Assembly: GCF_004010195.1 (NCBI RefSeq)
Contig: NC_057719.1
Span: forward strand, 9,002,333-9,066,332
Length of the DNA: 64,000 bases
From: Chiloscyllium plagiosum
Taxonomy: Eukaryota
Direction: 5' to 3'
Under the pieces are notes generated by a model. That model was given only the letters and a program-made list of their open reading frames with translations. It ran no database searches and was not told the origin of the DNA. A program made the translations under genes and the position numbers. Shown in pieces: positions 12,608 to 24,280 of the stretch (position 1 is its first letter; each line of letters starts with the position of its first letter).

Positions 12608-12922
12608 GGGGTGGCACGGTGGCACAGCAGTTAGCACTGCTGCCTCACAGCGCCAGGGACCCGAGTTCAATTCCAGCCTCGGGCGACTATCTGTGTGGAG
12701 TTTGCACATTCTCCCCATGTCTGCGTGGGTTTCCTCCGGGTGCTCCGGTTTCCTCCCACAGTCCAAAGATGTGCAGGCCAGGTGAATTGGCCATGCTAAA
12801 TTGCCCATAGAGTTAGGTGCATTAGTCAGGGGGAATGGGTCTGGGTCGGTTACTCTTCGGAGGGTCGGTGTTGACTAGTTAGGCCAAAGGGCCTGTTTCC
12901 ACACTGTAGGGAATCTAATCTA
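12608..12922 (+). mobile_element. HE1 SINE
   Basis: Near-consensus copy ending in gggaatctaatcta. Confidence 0.96.
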
Positions 12923-13634
12923 AAAACCTAATGTCAAAAGCTTGCGATAAGGCCAGGTGTTGTGTAAGTGTGATATGATCACTCGGTAATCAAGGCGGGG
13001 CTGAGAAGGTGTGACTGGTCCTCACTGGCTTTATCTTTGTCAAAGAATTCTACCAAAACTGCTAAAAGTCTAACAGGCCCTCACCACGTTGAGAATAGAT
13101 GTTGTTTTCTTCCTTTAACGTATACATCTCTTATTTAACAACCAACTGAAGACCGACTGCCAAGGGGCAGTCACTCATTTTCCAAGCTGTTCTTTGTTAA
13201 TAGGCACCAGACTATACACTAAATGGTCCTAATATTACATTTGTTTACGTAAGCCTTTGATTTTTTTTTCAATTATCTACACTAACTTCCACACAACATA
13301 ATTTCCTATTTCTGTTTTCCTGGTGGGTCCTGATGATTAAAAAGAATAATGTCCTCCAGTATCTCAGTGCTTTATTTTATCCAGCTTTCAAACACAACTG
13401 GGCGCCAAAGAAATGGCTGCAACAAACAGTGAAATTACTTTTCACAGATGTGGGCCAGCATTTAGAAGTTCTCTCACTTGATAAGATACTGAGTCAAAGC
13501 TGCAAATAAAATAAACAGGTAAAAAAGTATCCAGTCTCCCCGGTAAACAGCAGCATCTTGGGAAAATGAAGTGACTGAAACATCAATATTATTTAGATAT
13601 ACCAGCAGATATAATAATATTTTGTTGCTTAATT

Positions 13635-14040
13635 ATTTCATGGGACATGGGTATTGCTGGCTGGACCAGCATTTATTGGCCATCCAAAGTTGCCCTCAAG
13701 AAGGTGGTGATGAGGTGCCTTCTTGAAGACCTGTCTATCTGTAGGTCGACACACAATGCTACTAGGGAAGGAATTCCAGGGTTTTATGCCCAGACATTGA
13801 AAGAACGGCAATATATTTCCAAGGATTTGTACCTAAGAATCTGTACCACGGTACCTTTATTCCTAAGATGGCCCCTTAAGTAGTGACTTGTAAACTTTTC
13901 ACTGCACTCATGTCAGCACATGCGACAATAAAGTGAATTCTAAATCAGGGTGTTGAGTGGCTTGGAGGAGAACTTGTGTTCCTACGTATCTGCTGCCCTT
14001 GTTCTTTGAGATGGGAGAGGTTTCACCTTTGAGTCATGTT
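13635..14040 (-). mobile_element. LINE family B 3' end, with an unrelated tail inserted at about 13820-13945
   Basis: Reverse of the shared tail (ccagcatttattg..ccatcc..gttgccctcaagaaggtggtggtgag-like). Confidence 0.7.
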
Positions 14041-15011
14041 GCTGGTGTGATGGGGTGTAACATTAACATGGAATGTGATGGCAAAGAGTGATGTTTGAAG
14101 GTTACTACATTGTATGCACTGCATTGCTGCTATGATCTGAGAAGACTCAGAGAAGATTTAATCAAGTTTAAAATCTCAAACAATTTGGACAGGGTGAATA
14201 AAGGGAAACTAGGTCCTCACTTTCTCCTGGAAACTCGCTCCAGTAGATGAGGGGGTCAATAACCAGAAGGCAGGTATGCAGTAAATCTTTCTCGAGCAAA
14301 CATTGCTTAGCATTTGGAATGATGGGCGCTGGGAACATACTCAATTCTCACTTCCAAAGGGAACTAATTCAAAGAAACTGATGGATTGAATGGTCTTTTC
14401 CTGTGCTGCGCCAATCTGTAATTGTACAAATCGCATTTACAGCGCAGAAATAGATCATTTGGGTCAACTAGTCCACGTCACTGTTTAGACTCTTGCTGAA
14501 CCTCCTATCACATCCTCCTATTCCCTCCCCCCTTACAAATTTACCCAGCTTCCTCTTTAACATGTCCATGATCAACCCAGGTAAGTGGCAATAGGTGACA
14601 GAACATTTGATTCTTGTAGAGGTGTATGCTCTGTGTCAACTTTTAAAGAATGCAGCGTGCAGCTTTGATTGATTGAAGCAGCATCACACACCACTGGGCT
14701 CAGCATCTCTCGAGATTGCAATCTAGCTGACACTACAGGGAGAGTCAGAACAGCAATCTATCCCAGCACTCATACAGATACGAGCGAGGAGCAGGAGTAG
14801 GGCACTGAGACCATCGAGCCTGCCTCACCATTCAATAAGAACATTGTCAATCTGTTTGTGACCCCAACTCTAAACTCTGGTGACTCTCGATAGTCTCTGA
14901 CTGCCTTGCTGGTCAAGAATCAATCTATCTCTGTGTTAATTGCATTTGATAACCCTGCCTCCATTGTGGCACCCAATACCTTGTGTTCCTTCTCCCTCTC
15001 ACCCTGAGCCA

Positions 15012-15662
15012 GAGAGTCATAGAGGTGTACAGCATAGAAACAGATCCTTCGGTCCAACTCGTCCATGCTGACCAGATATCCCAACCCAATCTAGTCCCAC
15101 CTGCCAGCACTCGGCCCATATCCCTCTAAACCCTTCCTATTCGTATTCCAATCCATATGCCTTTTAAATGTTGCAACCGTACCAGCCTCCACCACTTCCT
15201 CTGGCAGCTCATTCCATCCATGCACCACCCTCTGCATGAAAAAGTTGCCCCTTAGGTCTCTTTTATATCTTTCCCCTCTCACCCTAAACCTATGCCCTCT
15301 AATTCTAGACTCCCCAACCCCAGGGAAGAGACCTTGTCTATTTATCCTATCCATGTCCTTCATGATTTTGGAAACCTCTATAAGGTCACCCCTCAGCCTC
15401 CAATGCTTCAGGGAAAACGGCCCCAGCCTCTTCAGCCTCTCCCTGTAGCTCAGATTCTCCAACCCTGGCAACGTCCTTGTAAATCTTTTCTGAACCCTTT
15501 CAGGTTTCAAAACATCCTTCCGATAGGAAGGAGATCAGGATTGCATACAGTATTCCAAAAGTGGCCTAACCAATGTCCTGTACAGCTGCAAGATGACCTC
15601 CAAACTCCTGTCCTCAGTATACTGACCAATGAAGGAAAGCATACCAAACGCCTTCTTCACCC
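15012..15662 (-). mobile_element. HER1/CR1 LINE 3' fragment
   Basis: ORF ERVQKRFTRTLPGLENLSYRERLKRLG...WNELPEEVVEAG plus the HER1 tail. Confidence 0.95.
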
Positions 15663-16274
15663 TTCTGCAGACTGTCACCATATGCAAATGGCACTCCCAT
15701 CAGTCCCAGAGAGTGATGGAAACTCTCACATTATGCTCCACGGATATTAGTTTGTGGGAAATATTGCACGGAGAAACGGTGGTAATTCACCAAACTAGCA
15801 ATCCAGAAGCTCAGACCAATGATCTGTGACCATGGGGTGCCAAAGTGGCAGATGATGAAGTTTGAATCCACTAAAAATCTGGAACTTAGAAAATCAAAAA
15901 TGAATCAGCACCTGAGTGCTAAATCTGCAGGTTGCACATAGGATATGGAGGGCACTGGCCATGCCATTTACTCCCATCCCTACTTGAGCAGATAATGGTC
16001 AGCCACTTTAATGGTAGGGAGGGAGTTCCACAGTTTTGACCCAGCAATACTGAAGGAAAGGTGACATATTTCCAAGTCAGGATGGTGAGTTGTTTGGAAG
16101 GTGGCAGTGTTCACATATATCTCCTGCCTAGATGGCATTGGTCATGGGTTTGGCAGCTGTTGCTGAAAGAGGATTTGGTGAATTGAGGCAGCGCATCTTG
16201 GAGATGGTACACACTGCTGCTACTTAATGTTGGCTGTGGAGAGAGTAAATGTTGAAATTGGTGGATGTGATGCC

Positions 16275-17265
16275 AGTTATGATGATGCTTTAAGAGTTGT
16301 ATTTTGTGCTTTTTTTTCTCTCTGAAGAGAGGTTTTAAGGCAGAGGTGCCCAGCTAGCTCGCGAAAGTCCATAAAGTAAACAGTTGGGAGGCCTTGGGGC
16401 TTTTTTTGTTTAAGTTGGAACAATAGAAGCAGTCTGGATGGGTGTGACCAGTTGGCACAGACCAGGATTTCTACTTTTTTAGTTTTTTTAGCTTTGAGAG
16501 ACAGTATCAGTTACTGTTGAAATCTCAACGGAGTTGGAAGCTGCAGTAAATGTCTCCTGGCTGCTACTCTCTCTGAGTTTTCACTTGATATTGTTTTACT
16601 CCCTCTCTGTTGCTGAATTGCATGCAAAACAAATCCAAATTCTGAATTTGCCTTTTGCCAAGTGGTGTGCTTATGGGATAGTACTATATTGGAGCAGTTA
16701 GTGAGTAATAGTTACTGTATCAATTAGATTAGATTACCTACAGTGTGGAAACAGGCCCTTCGGCCCAACAAGTCCACACTGACCCTCCGAAGAGCAACCC
16801 ACCCAGACCCATTCCCCAACATTTACCCCTTCACCTAACACTATGGGCAATTTGGCATGGCCAATTCACCTAACCAGATGTTTTTGAACTGTGGGAGGAA
16901 ACTGAAGCACCCGGAGGAACCCCACGCCGACACGAGGAGAATGTGCAAACTCCACACAGACAGTTGCCTGAGGCAGGAATTGAACCCAGGTCTCTGGCGC
17001 TGTGAGGCAGCAGTCCGAGCCACCGTGCCGCCCAATTATTCTGTTAAGTTTTCCAACAGATTACATCATTCTAAGTTCTTCTTTCTTTTGTTGTATTTTG
17101 ACCGTAGTGGCTGAATAAATGGCGTTCTGCTTAACGTCAAGTACTTTGTTCAGTCGAATTACATCTGGAACACGCCACTTCACACTTGCCTTTACAATAA
17201 GAAACAGTTCGGGTCTAGGCCACCTTCTTGGAACATTTTGAGGAGGGCTGGTCTGGTTCATTACA
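16275..17265 (+). mobile_element. Solo LTR (Gypsy-like) containing an HE1 insertion
   Basis: Termini agttatga...tcattaca (decayed TGTTATGA/TCATAACA) and AATAAA at about 17114. It cleanly interrupts LINE B. Confidence 0.6.
16724..17033 (-). mobile_element. HE1 SINE
   Basis: Full reverse copy with a (tagat)n tail. Confidence 0.95.
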
Positions 17266-18359
17266 CAATCAAGTGGGCTGCTTTGTCCTGAATGGCGTCG
17301 GGCTTTTTGAGTGCGATGGGAGCTGGACTCATTCAGGCAAGTTCAACTTAGGACAATCAGTAATTCGGGGTGGGGGGGGGGGGGGTTGTAACACTTTGAT
17401 TGCTAGCAGAACAATGGGTTGTGTTAGTCATGTGAACCTGGGACAGTACCAACAGTGTTATTACCTTAGTTATGCTATTATGCACTTTCAATTTGAAAGT
17501 ACTGGAACAAAAGAAATTAGCACTCCAATTAACTGCTTTGTTCAACAAGATAATATTGTCTTCCATGGGTAGGACTGGCTTGCTAAAACAAATGTCAGGA
17601 GATCCCTTCTTTCTGCATGGCTCCAACACTTCCTGCGAACATCGTCCAGACACTGAATCACATTGGACATCCTTTCCCCATTCATTACAAGCTAATTTAT
17701 AGCACTGACCAAGACTATTAATGAATGGGCAAGGTATTAATTAACTGCACGATTGAAAATAACCCTGCTGCCTTGAGATTTTGCAAAATGTAGAACATGT
17801 CTGCAGCATGTTTGGTAACTTAGAAGACTTGTTGTCAACGTAGGTATAAATAGAGTGTGTCAGCACTAAATCTCCATGGATACTATAAAGAGGATGAGAC
17901 AGAAATATATACATGGATATCTATAACACACTTGTCTTTCTGTATCAGAATTTGGAGCAAAATTGAGACAGAATGACAAAAGAGGATGGTGACCTCATCG
18001 AAACTTTTATGATCTGAGGGGATAGATACTGATGAATAAATTACTAATAAAGGGACATGTCATAAACTCTGAAACAACGTTCCCTAGAATCCAGTCCGTA
18101 ATTCCAGAAGCATTTATTTCACAACTTCCATGTCCTCGGAGCATCCCAAAGCATCTGACAGCCGACTGAGGTATCAGGATGGGATTTGAGATGATCACAC
18201 AGGAAGGTGTTACAAATGAAGAAAGGTAAAAGGTTATCAGGGTATACAGGAATGTAGGGTTGAGGTTAAAATCGGATCAGCCATGATCTTATTGAATGGG
18301 GGAGCAGGGCCTGAAGGGTTGAATGGCGAGCTGGCCTTCCGACATTAACTCGACAATCC

Positions 18360-18540
18360 TCTGCACTTTCCAAAGTACTGGGCAGCCTTCTGAAGTGCAG
18401 CAGCTACCACAGAGTGTACTGCAAGATGTTGCAGACTAATGAGATAGATCATCTGTTTTAGTCGTTTCAGTTCAGAGATAAATATTGGCAAGGATTCCAG
18501 ACAGACTAAACCTGTACTGTTTTAAATGCAGCTTTCTACA
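18360..18540 (-). mobile_element. DeuSINE-like (SacSINE1/AmnSINE1-related) remnant
   Basis: ttcagagataaatattggcaagga is the reverse of the Deu-type cctggccaatatttatccctcaa motif. Confidence 0.45.
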
Positions 18541-18720
18541 TTTAGCTACCCAGCAAATAGCAACAGCAAGTTGCATTTATGTGGCACCTTGAGTGCAGTG
18601 TATTGTTTCCAGATGCTTTACAGGGGCAATAAAACACAAAGTTTGACACTGAAACCCATAAAGTGACAGGTGATGAAATGCTTGATCAAAACAGTAGGTT
18701 TCAGGGATTGTGTTAAAGGA

Positions 18721-18755
18721 TGTGTGTGTGTGAGACAGAGAGAGAGAGAGAGAGA
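18721..18755 (+). repeat. (TG)n(AG)n microsatellite
   Basis: tgtgtgtgtgtgagacagagagagagagagagaga. Confidence 0.9.
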
Positions 18756-18769
18756 ATGGAGGTTATAGG

Positions 18770-19950
18770 CATGAATTGTTCCACATGGAGTACAATGTGG
18801 GTAAATGTGAAGTTTTACACTTTGGTATGAAAACAGGAAGAACGAGTATTATTTTAATGGTGACAGATTGGGAAGCGTAGGTGGACATAGGGGTCTGGGG
18901 TGGCCTTGTACACGAGTCAATGCAAGTAGACAGGGAGATGCAGCAAGCAATGAAGGCAAATGGTATATTTGCCTTCACTGCAATGCAATTTGAGATCAGG
19001 AGTAGGGCCATCAAACTGCAGTTATACAGGGCCTTGCTGAGACCACGCCTGCACACCTGCATGCAGTTCTAGTCTCCCCACTTAAGAAAAGATATTGATC
19101 AAATCATACAGTGTGGAAGCAGACCATTCAGCCCAATAAGTCTACAATGACTTTTCAAGGGGCATCTTACCCAGATTCTCACCCCTACATTTCCCCTGGT
19201 TAATCCACACACTTTGGAAGCTATGGACAATTTAGCATGGCCAACCCACCTATCCTACAAATGTTTGGACTGGAGGAGGAAACCAAAGCACGCAGAGGAA
19301 ACTCGCGCAGACACGGGGAGAATGCGTAAACTCCACACACTTAGTCACCCGAGGCTGGAATTGAACCCGGGTCCCTGGTGCTGTGAGGCAGCAGTGCCAA
19401 CCACTGAGCCACTGCGCTGCTCCACAGGGCAGAGGGGGAGTGCAGTGGGGGGGGATGGGGGCTCACTAAGGCTGATACCTGGGAAGGCAGGACTGTCCTG
19501 TGAAGGGAGATCGGTCCAACTGGGTCTGTACTCGCTAGAGTTTATAGGAATGAGAGGGGATCTGATTGAAACACATAACATTTTAACACAGCTAGACAGA
19601 CTAGATGCAGAGAGGGTGTTTTTGCTGGTTGGGGTGTCTACAACCAGAGGACACAGTCTCAGATTACGGGGTAGATCATTTATGACAGAGATGAGGTAAA
19701 GCCTCTTCACTCGAAGGGTCCTGAATCTGTGAAATGCTCTATACCAAAAGGTTGCAGAGATCTAGTCACTGAATATATTCAAGGAAGACATTGACACATA
19801 CTGGGTTTTTAAAGGCATCAAGTCATATGGGAAGGAAGCAGGAATATGGCATTGAGATAGAAGATAGGCCATGATCATCATGAATGATGGAGCAGGCTCA
19901 TTGGATTGAATGGCCTCCTCCTGCTCCTTAGTTCTATGTTTCTATGAATT
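18770..19950 (+). mobile_element. CR1 LINE 3' fragment interrupted by HE1
   Basis: KANGIFAF..LQLYRALLRPRL and LGLYSLEFIGMRGDLIETHNIL, then a CR1 3' UTR ending ttctatgtttctatg. Confidence 0.88.
19100..19420 (-). mobile_element. HE1 SINE
   Basis: Reverse HE1 head and body. Confidence 0.9.
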
Positions 19951-19984
19951 CCAGAGCTAAGACTCAAGTACCTGAAGGAACATT

Positions 19985-20490
19985 GACTCCGTCTATACTT
20001 CCAGCTGCCTCGGGAAAACAGCCAACATAATCAAATACGCCTCCCGACCCAATGACACTCTCACACTCTTCCTTTGGAAAGATGATACAAAGATTGAAAG
20101 CACCATACAAACAGATTCAAGAACAGCTTCTTCCCCACTGTTATCAGATTTATGAAGGGAACTCTTATATATCAGAGTCAATCTTTCACTGCACCTTCTC
20201 TGTAGCTGTAATACAATTTTCTGGATCAATGGTGCTGGAAGAGCACAGCAGTTCAGGCAGCATCCAAGGAGCTCAGCAAAATCGATTTTGCTGAGCTCCT
20301 CGGATGCTGCCTGAACTGCTGTGATCCAGAATCCATTGATCCAGAATCTGGTTTCCAGCATCTGCAGTCATTGTTTTTACCTAGCTGTAATACTATGTTG
20401 TGCATTCTGTTCAATTACCCTGATGCACGTATGTAAGGTATGATTTGCACGCAAAACAATACTCTTCACTGTATCTCAGTACAGGTGATA
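19985..20490 (+). mobile_element. Rex1/Babar-type LINE 3' end
   Basis: Homologous to 6920-7268 (ttcaagaacagcttcttcccc..., tail ataataaatcaaatcaaa). Confidence 0.75.
20215..20381. mobile_element. Fold-back PLE pLTR-derived element (family 1)
   Basis: 80-bp palindrome at 20244-20323 with one mismatch, and TSD tagctgtaatac (20203-20214, 20382-20393). Confidence 0.85.
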
Positions 20491-21149
20491 ATAATAAATC
20501 AAATCAAACTGAGAAGGGACAGATGATGCCTCAGGGTAGGCAGAGCAAGGGAAAGGAACGTATTGAATGGAAAGCATACCCTAGCAGGGATGGCAGTAGA
20601 GCAACAGAGGGGCTGAATGGTTGGGCCAAAGTGGCCAGTCCCAATGTTGGAGATTGTGCACAATGTTATGCCGTGTGGATGGACAGAATTTCAGAGAAGC
20701 TAAACTCGGATCGGCAGCAGCTTCCCATCAGATGCATTGCTGAATCAATGGCCATTTGCTGCACTCGTCAATTCAAATACACGACCGTCTGCAAGAACAG
20801 CCTCTGGTGGATTCCTGAAACAATCTGAGAGACACGGTTGATCGAAGGATGTGCAAGGCCTGTCTGCTTTTCTTGTGGGTCTTGGCTCTGTAACAGCTAA
20901 AATCGCTCGGATGGCGAGGTTGAGCATGAAGTCAATACATGAATGTTCAGCAGGTGCTGACACATAAAGAAATAGATTTCCGAAGCTGTGGATTGAAGAT
21001 TCTGGGGACTCGGTAAATAAATCTGAGCTCTGTACTTAGCATCAAACAGAAATATCGGTGCCTTCCAGGGGAAGAGAGAGGAGATTAATTCCAGGTCCTC
21101 AGCAGACTGTTAAAGCACTACATGCCAGCAAACAGTGCGTCACTCTCTC

Positions 21150-21260
21150 ACCATTCTGAAAAAGAGTGAGTCTGGACACAAAACATTAACTCTGTTTCTC
21201 TGTCTCTCTCTCTCGCCAGATCTGCTGAGTTTCTGGGGCATTCCCTGTTCTTGTTTCACA
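21150..21260 (+). mobile_element. PLE pLTR-derived fragment (family 3)
   Basis: ttctgaaaaagag...aaaacattaactctgtttctc...ccagatctgctgagtttct, homologous to 8740-8830. Confidence 0.6.
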
Positions 21261-21299
21261 TTCTCACCTTGGGACAAATAGGATGCCAAAACTCCCGCC

Positions 21300-21400
21300 G
21301 TGGTGCCCATCCAGAGGCACTGCCCCCCTGTGCTGGGTGTGAAACATCCCATGGCGTGATTTTGAAAAGCAACAACCCTGGCATCCAGGTCAATATTTCA
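21300..21400 (+). mobile_element. DeuSINE-like remnant
   Basis: aaacatcccatggcgtgattttgaaaagc...ctggcatccaggtcaatattt resembles the Deu domain (aaagatcccatggcact...cctggccaatattt). Confidence 0.5.
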
Positions 21401-21669
21401 AGGTTCATGGCGCCAAAATCCTACTGGGCCACAGGGCTGGTCTCTCATTGGAGAGAGAGACAGAGAGAGAAAGAGAAATGGCCGTGGTTTAACCTGAGAG
21501 TCTCTACATCCCAAGCAAAAGGGAGAGGTTGAAAAGGTCAGAATTCGATGATGAAACTCAGCTGGTTTGGGAATTGAACCTATGCTGTTGGCATCACGCA
21601 CCAGGCAACTGGTCAGGCAGCTTCCGAGGAGCAGGAAAATTGACGTTTCAGGCATAAGCCCTTCATCTT

Positions 21670-23698
21670 CGAAGTAAAGGAGCCATTAGGAGGTAGTGAC
21701 CACAATACAATAAGCTTTAATCTGCAGTTTGAAAGGGAGAGGGTAGAATCAGAAGTGACAATATTTCAGTTGAATAAGGGGAATTATGGAGCTATGAGGG
21801 AGGAGCTGGCCAAAGTTTAATAGTGCAATACCCTAGCAGGGATGGCAGTGGAGCAACAATGGCAGGTATTTCTGGGTGTAATGCAGAAGATGCAGGATCA
21901 GTTCATTCCAAAAAGGAAGAAAGATCCTAAGGGGAGGCAGGGGTGGCCGTGGGTGATGAGGGAAGTTAAAGACCATATAAAGACAAAAGGGAAAAAGTAT
22001 AACATAGCAAAGATGAGTGGGAAATCGGAGGACTGGGAAGCTTTTAAAGAACAGAGGATAACTAAAAAGGAAATACACAAAGAAAAAATAAGGTACGAAG
22101 GTAAACTGGCCAAAAATATAAAGGAGGATAGTAAAGGTTTTTTTAGGTATGTGAAAAGAAAAAAAATGATAAAGACTAAAATTGGGCCCATGAAGACAGA
22201 AACGGGTGAATTTATTACGGGGAACAAAGAAATGGCAGAAGAGTTGAATTGGTACTTTAGATCTGTCTTCACTGGGGAAGACATGAGCAATCTCTTAGAT
22301 GTAATAGTGGCTGAAGGACCTGAACTGACAGGAATTTATATTAGGCAGGAAGTGGTGTTGGAGAGACTGTTAGGTCTGAAGGCTGATAAGTCCCTGGGAC
22401 CTGATGGTTTGCATCCCAGGGTACTGAAGGAGGTGGCTCTAGAAATCGTGGATGCATTGGTGATCATTTTCCAATGTTCTATAGATTCAGGATCAGTTCC
22501 TGCGGATTGGAGGGTGGCTAATGTTGTCCCACTTTTTAAGGAGGGAGGGAGAGAGAAAACAGAGAATTATAGACCAGTTAGTCTGACCTCAGTGGTGGGA
22601 AAAATGCTGGAGTCAATTATAAAGGACGAAATTANNNNNNNNNNNNNNNNNNNNNNNNNNNNNNNNNNNNNNNNNNNNNNNNNNNNNNNNNNNNNNNNNN
22701 NNNNNNNNNNNNNNNNNNNNNNNNNNNNNNNNNNNNNNNNNNNNNNNNNNNNNNNNNNNNNNNNNNNNNNNNNNNNNNNNNNNNNNNNNNNNNNNNNNNN
22801 NNNNNNNNNNNNNNNNNNNNNNNNNNNNNNNNNNNNNNNNNNNNNNNNNNNNNNNNNNNNNNNNNNNNNNNNNNNNNNNNNNNNNNNNNNNNNNNNNNNN
22901 NNNNNNNNNNNNNNNNNNNNNNNNNNNNNNNNNNNNNNNNNNNNNNNNNNNNNNNNNNNNNNNNNNNNNNNNNNNNNNNNNNNNNNNNNNNNNNNNNNNN
23001 NNNNNNNNNNNNNNNNNNNNNNNNNNNNNNNNNNNNNNNNNNNNNNNNNNNNNNNNNNNNNNNNNNNNNNNNNNNNNNNNNNNNNNNNNNNNNNNNNNNN
23101 NNNNNNNNNNNNNNNNNNNNNNNNNNNNNNNNNNNNNNNNNNNNNNNNNNNNNNNNNNNNNNNNNNNNNNNNNNNNNNNNNNNNNNNNNNNNNNNNNNNN
23201 NNNNNNNNNNNNNNNNNNNNNNNNNNNNNNNNNNNNNNNNNNNNNNNNNNNNNNNNNNNNNNNNNNNNNNNNNNNNNNNNNNNNNNNNNNNNNNNNNNNN
23301 NNNNNNNNNNNNNNNNNNNNNNNNNNNNNNNNNNNNNNNNNNNNNNNNNNNNNNNNNNNNNNNNNNNNNNNNNNNNNNNNNNNNNNNNNNNNNNNNNNNN
23401 NNNNNNNNNNNNNNNNNNNNNNNNNNNNNNNNNNGGTAGGCCACTTAGAACAGAGTTGAGGAGAAACTTCTTCACCCAGAGAGTGGCGAGTGTGTGGAAT
23501 GCCCCAGAAGGCTGTGGAGGCCAAGTCTCTGGATACTTTCAAGAAAGAGTTGGATAGAGCTCTTAAGGATAGTGGAATCAAGGGTTATCGGGATAAGGCA
23601 GGAACAGGATACTGATTGTGGATGATCAGCCATGATCATAATGAATGGTGGTGCTGGCTTGAAGGGCAGAATGGCCTACTCCTGCACCTATTGTCTAT
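21670..23698 (+). mobile_element. Young 5'-truncated CR1 LINE (ORF2 from the endonuclease end through the RT start; 3' UTR intact)
   Basis: SDHN-type endonuclease end (ggtagtgaccacaat), KSLGPDGLHPRVLKE and WRVANVVPLFK..ENYRPVSLTSVVGK motifs, and a 3' UTR ending tattgtctat. It sits between two halves of a family-1 pLTR element (21608-21668 and 23700-23790). Confidence 0.95.
22635..23434. other. Assembly gap (800 N)
   Basis: Run of N. Confidence 1.
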
Positions 23699-23804
23699 AT
23701 CCTGCTCCTCGGTTGCTGTCTGACTTGCTGTGCTTTTCCAGCACCACACTTTTTGACTCTGATCTCCAGCATCTGCAGTCCTCCCTTTCTCCAAGAGCAG
23801 TTGA

Positions 23805-23980
23805 CAGTCCAACAGGTTTATTTGAAATCACAAGTTTTCGGAGCATGGTTCCTTCATCAGGTGACCTTTGTCAAGCTCCGAAAGCTTGTGATTTCAAATA
23901 AACCTGTTGGACTATAACCTGGTGTCATGGGAGTTCTGTCTTTGTCTAACCCAGTCCAACCCCGGCATCTCCACATCATA
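23805..23980. mobile_element. Fold-back PLE pLTR-derived element (family 2)
   Basis: Arms agtccaacaggtttatttgaaatcacaag / cttgtgatttcaaataaacctgttggact, followed by a unique tail. Confidence 0.85.
23828..23864 (-). ncRNA. Minimal hammerhead ribozyme motif
   Basis: Minus strand reads ucac-CUGAUGA-a-ggaac-cau-gcucc-GAAA-acuu-guga. The partner arm shows GAAAGCTT (palindromic AGCT stem III). Confidence 0.65.
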
Positions 23981-24004
23981 ATGTGCAAGAGTGTTGGTCC
24001 AGAG

Positions 24005-24280
24005 TTCACAATCACAGAAAAAGGTGTTGCACATTTAAAAATGGAAATGAAGATGAATTTTGTCTTTCAAAGGTTTGCAAATCAGTGGAATACTTTATCA
24101 CAGAGGCTAGGTCATGAAGTATATTCAAGGCTGAGACAGATAGATTTTTAATCAATAAGGGAATCAATGGTTGCGGTGAAAAGGCAGGAAAGTAGAGTTG
24201 AAGATGATCTGAATAGTCACAATTTCATTGATGGTGGGATAGACTCAATCGGTTGAATGGTCTACATCTACTCCTACCCA
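24005..24280 (+). mobile_element. CR1 LINE 3' end
   Basis: MKMNFVFQRFANQWNTL motif plus the 3' UTR. Confidence 0.7.

Larger units (their letters stand above)
15945..17345 (-). mobile_element. LINE family B 3' fragment split by a solo LTR
   Basis: The sequence stops at gtggatgtgatgcca (16275) and resumes at caatcaagtgggctgctttgtcc (17266), matching the contiguous copy at about 30105-30140. Confidence 0.7.

Noticed and set aside
12610..12685. HE1 heads as tRNA genes
   Set aside because: Each continues into the SINE body and tail, so these are tRNA-derived promoters only.
12441..12810. Recurrent ORFs such as WLALLPHSARDPGS / CGRKPEHPEETHADTGR
   Set aside because: These are translations of HE1 SINE copies, not a protein family.
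17367..17385. G-run / G-quadruplex (also about 19430 and 48520)
   Set aside because: Simple low-complexity tracts with no supporting context.
20560..21030. Unique CpG-containing stretch with short ORFs
   Set aside because: No recognisable protein motif or exon structure.
21842..23581. Long ORFs (571, 322, 302, 270 aa)
   Set aside because: Their length comes from reading through 800 Ns. The real part is a 5'-truncated CR1 ORF2, not a host gene.
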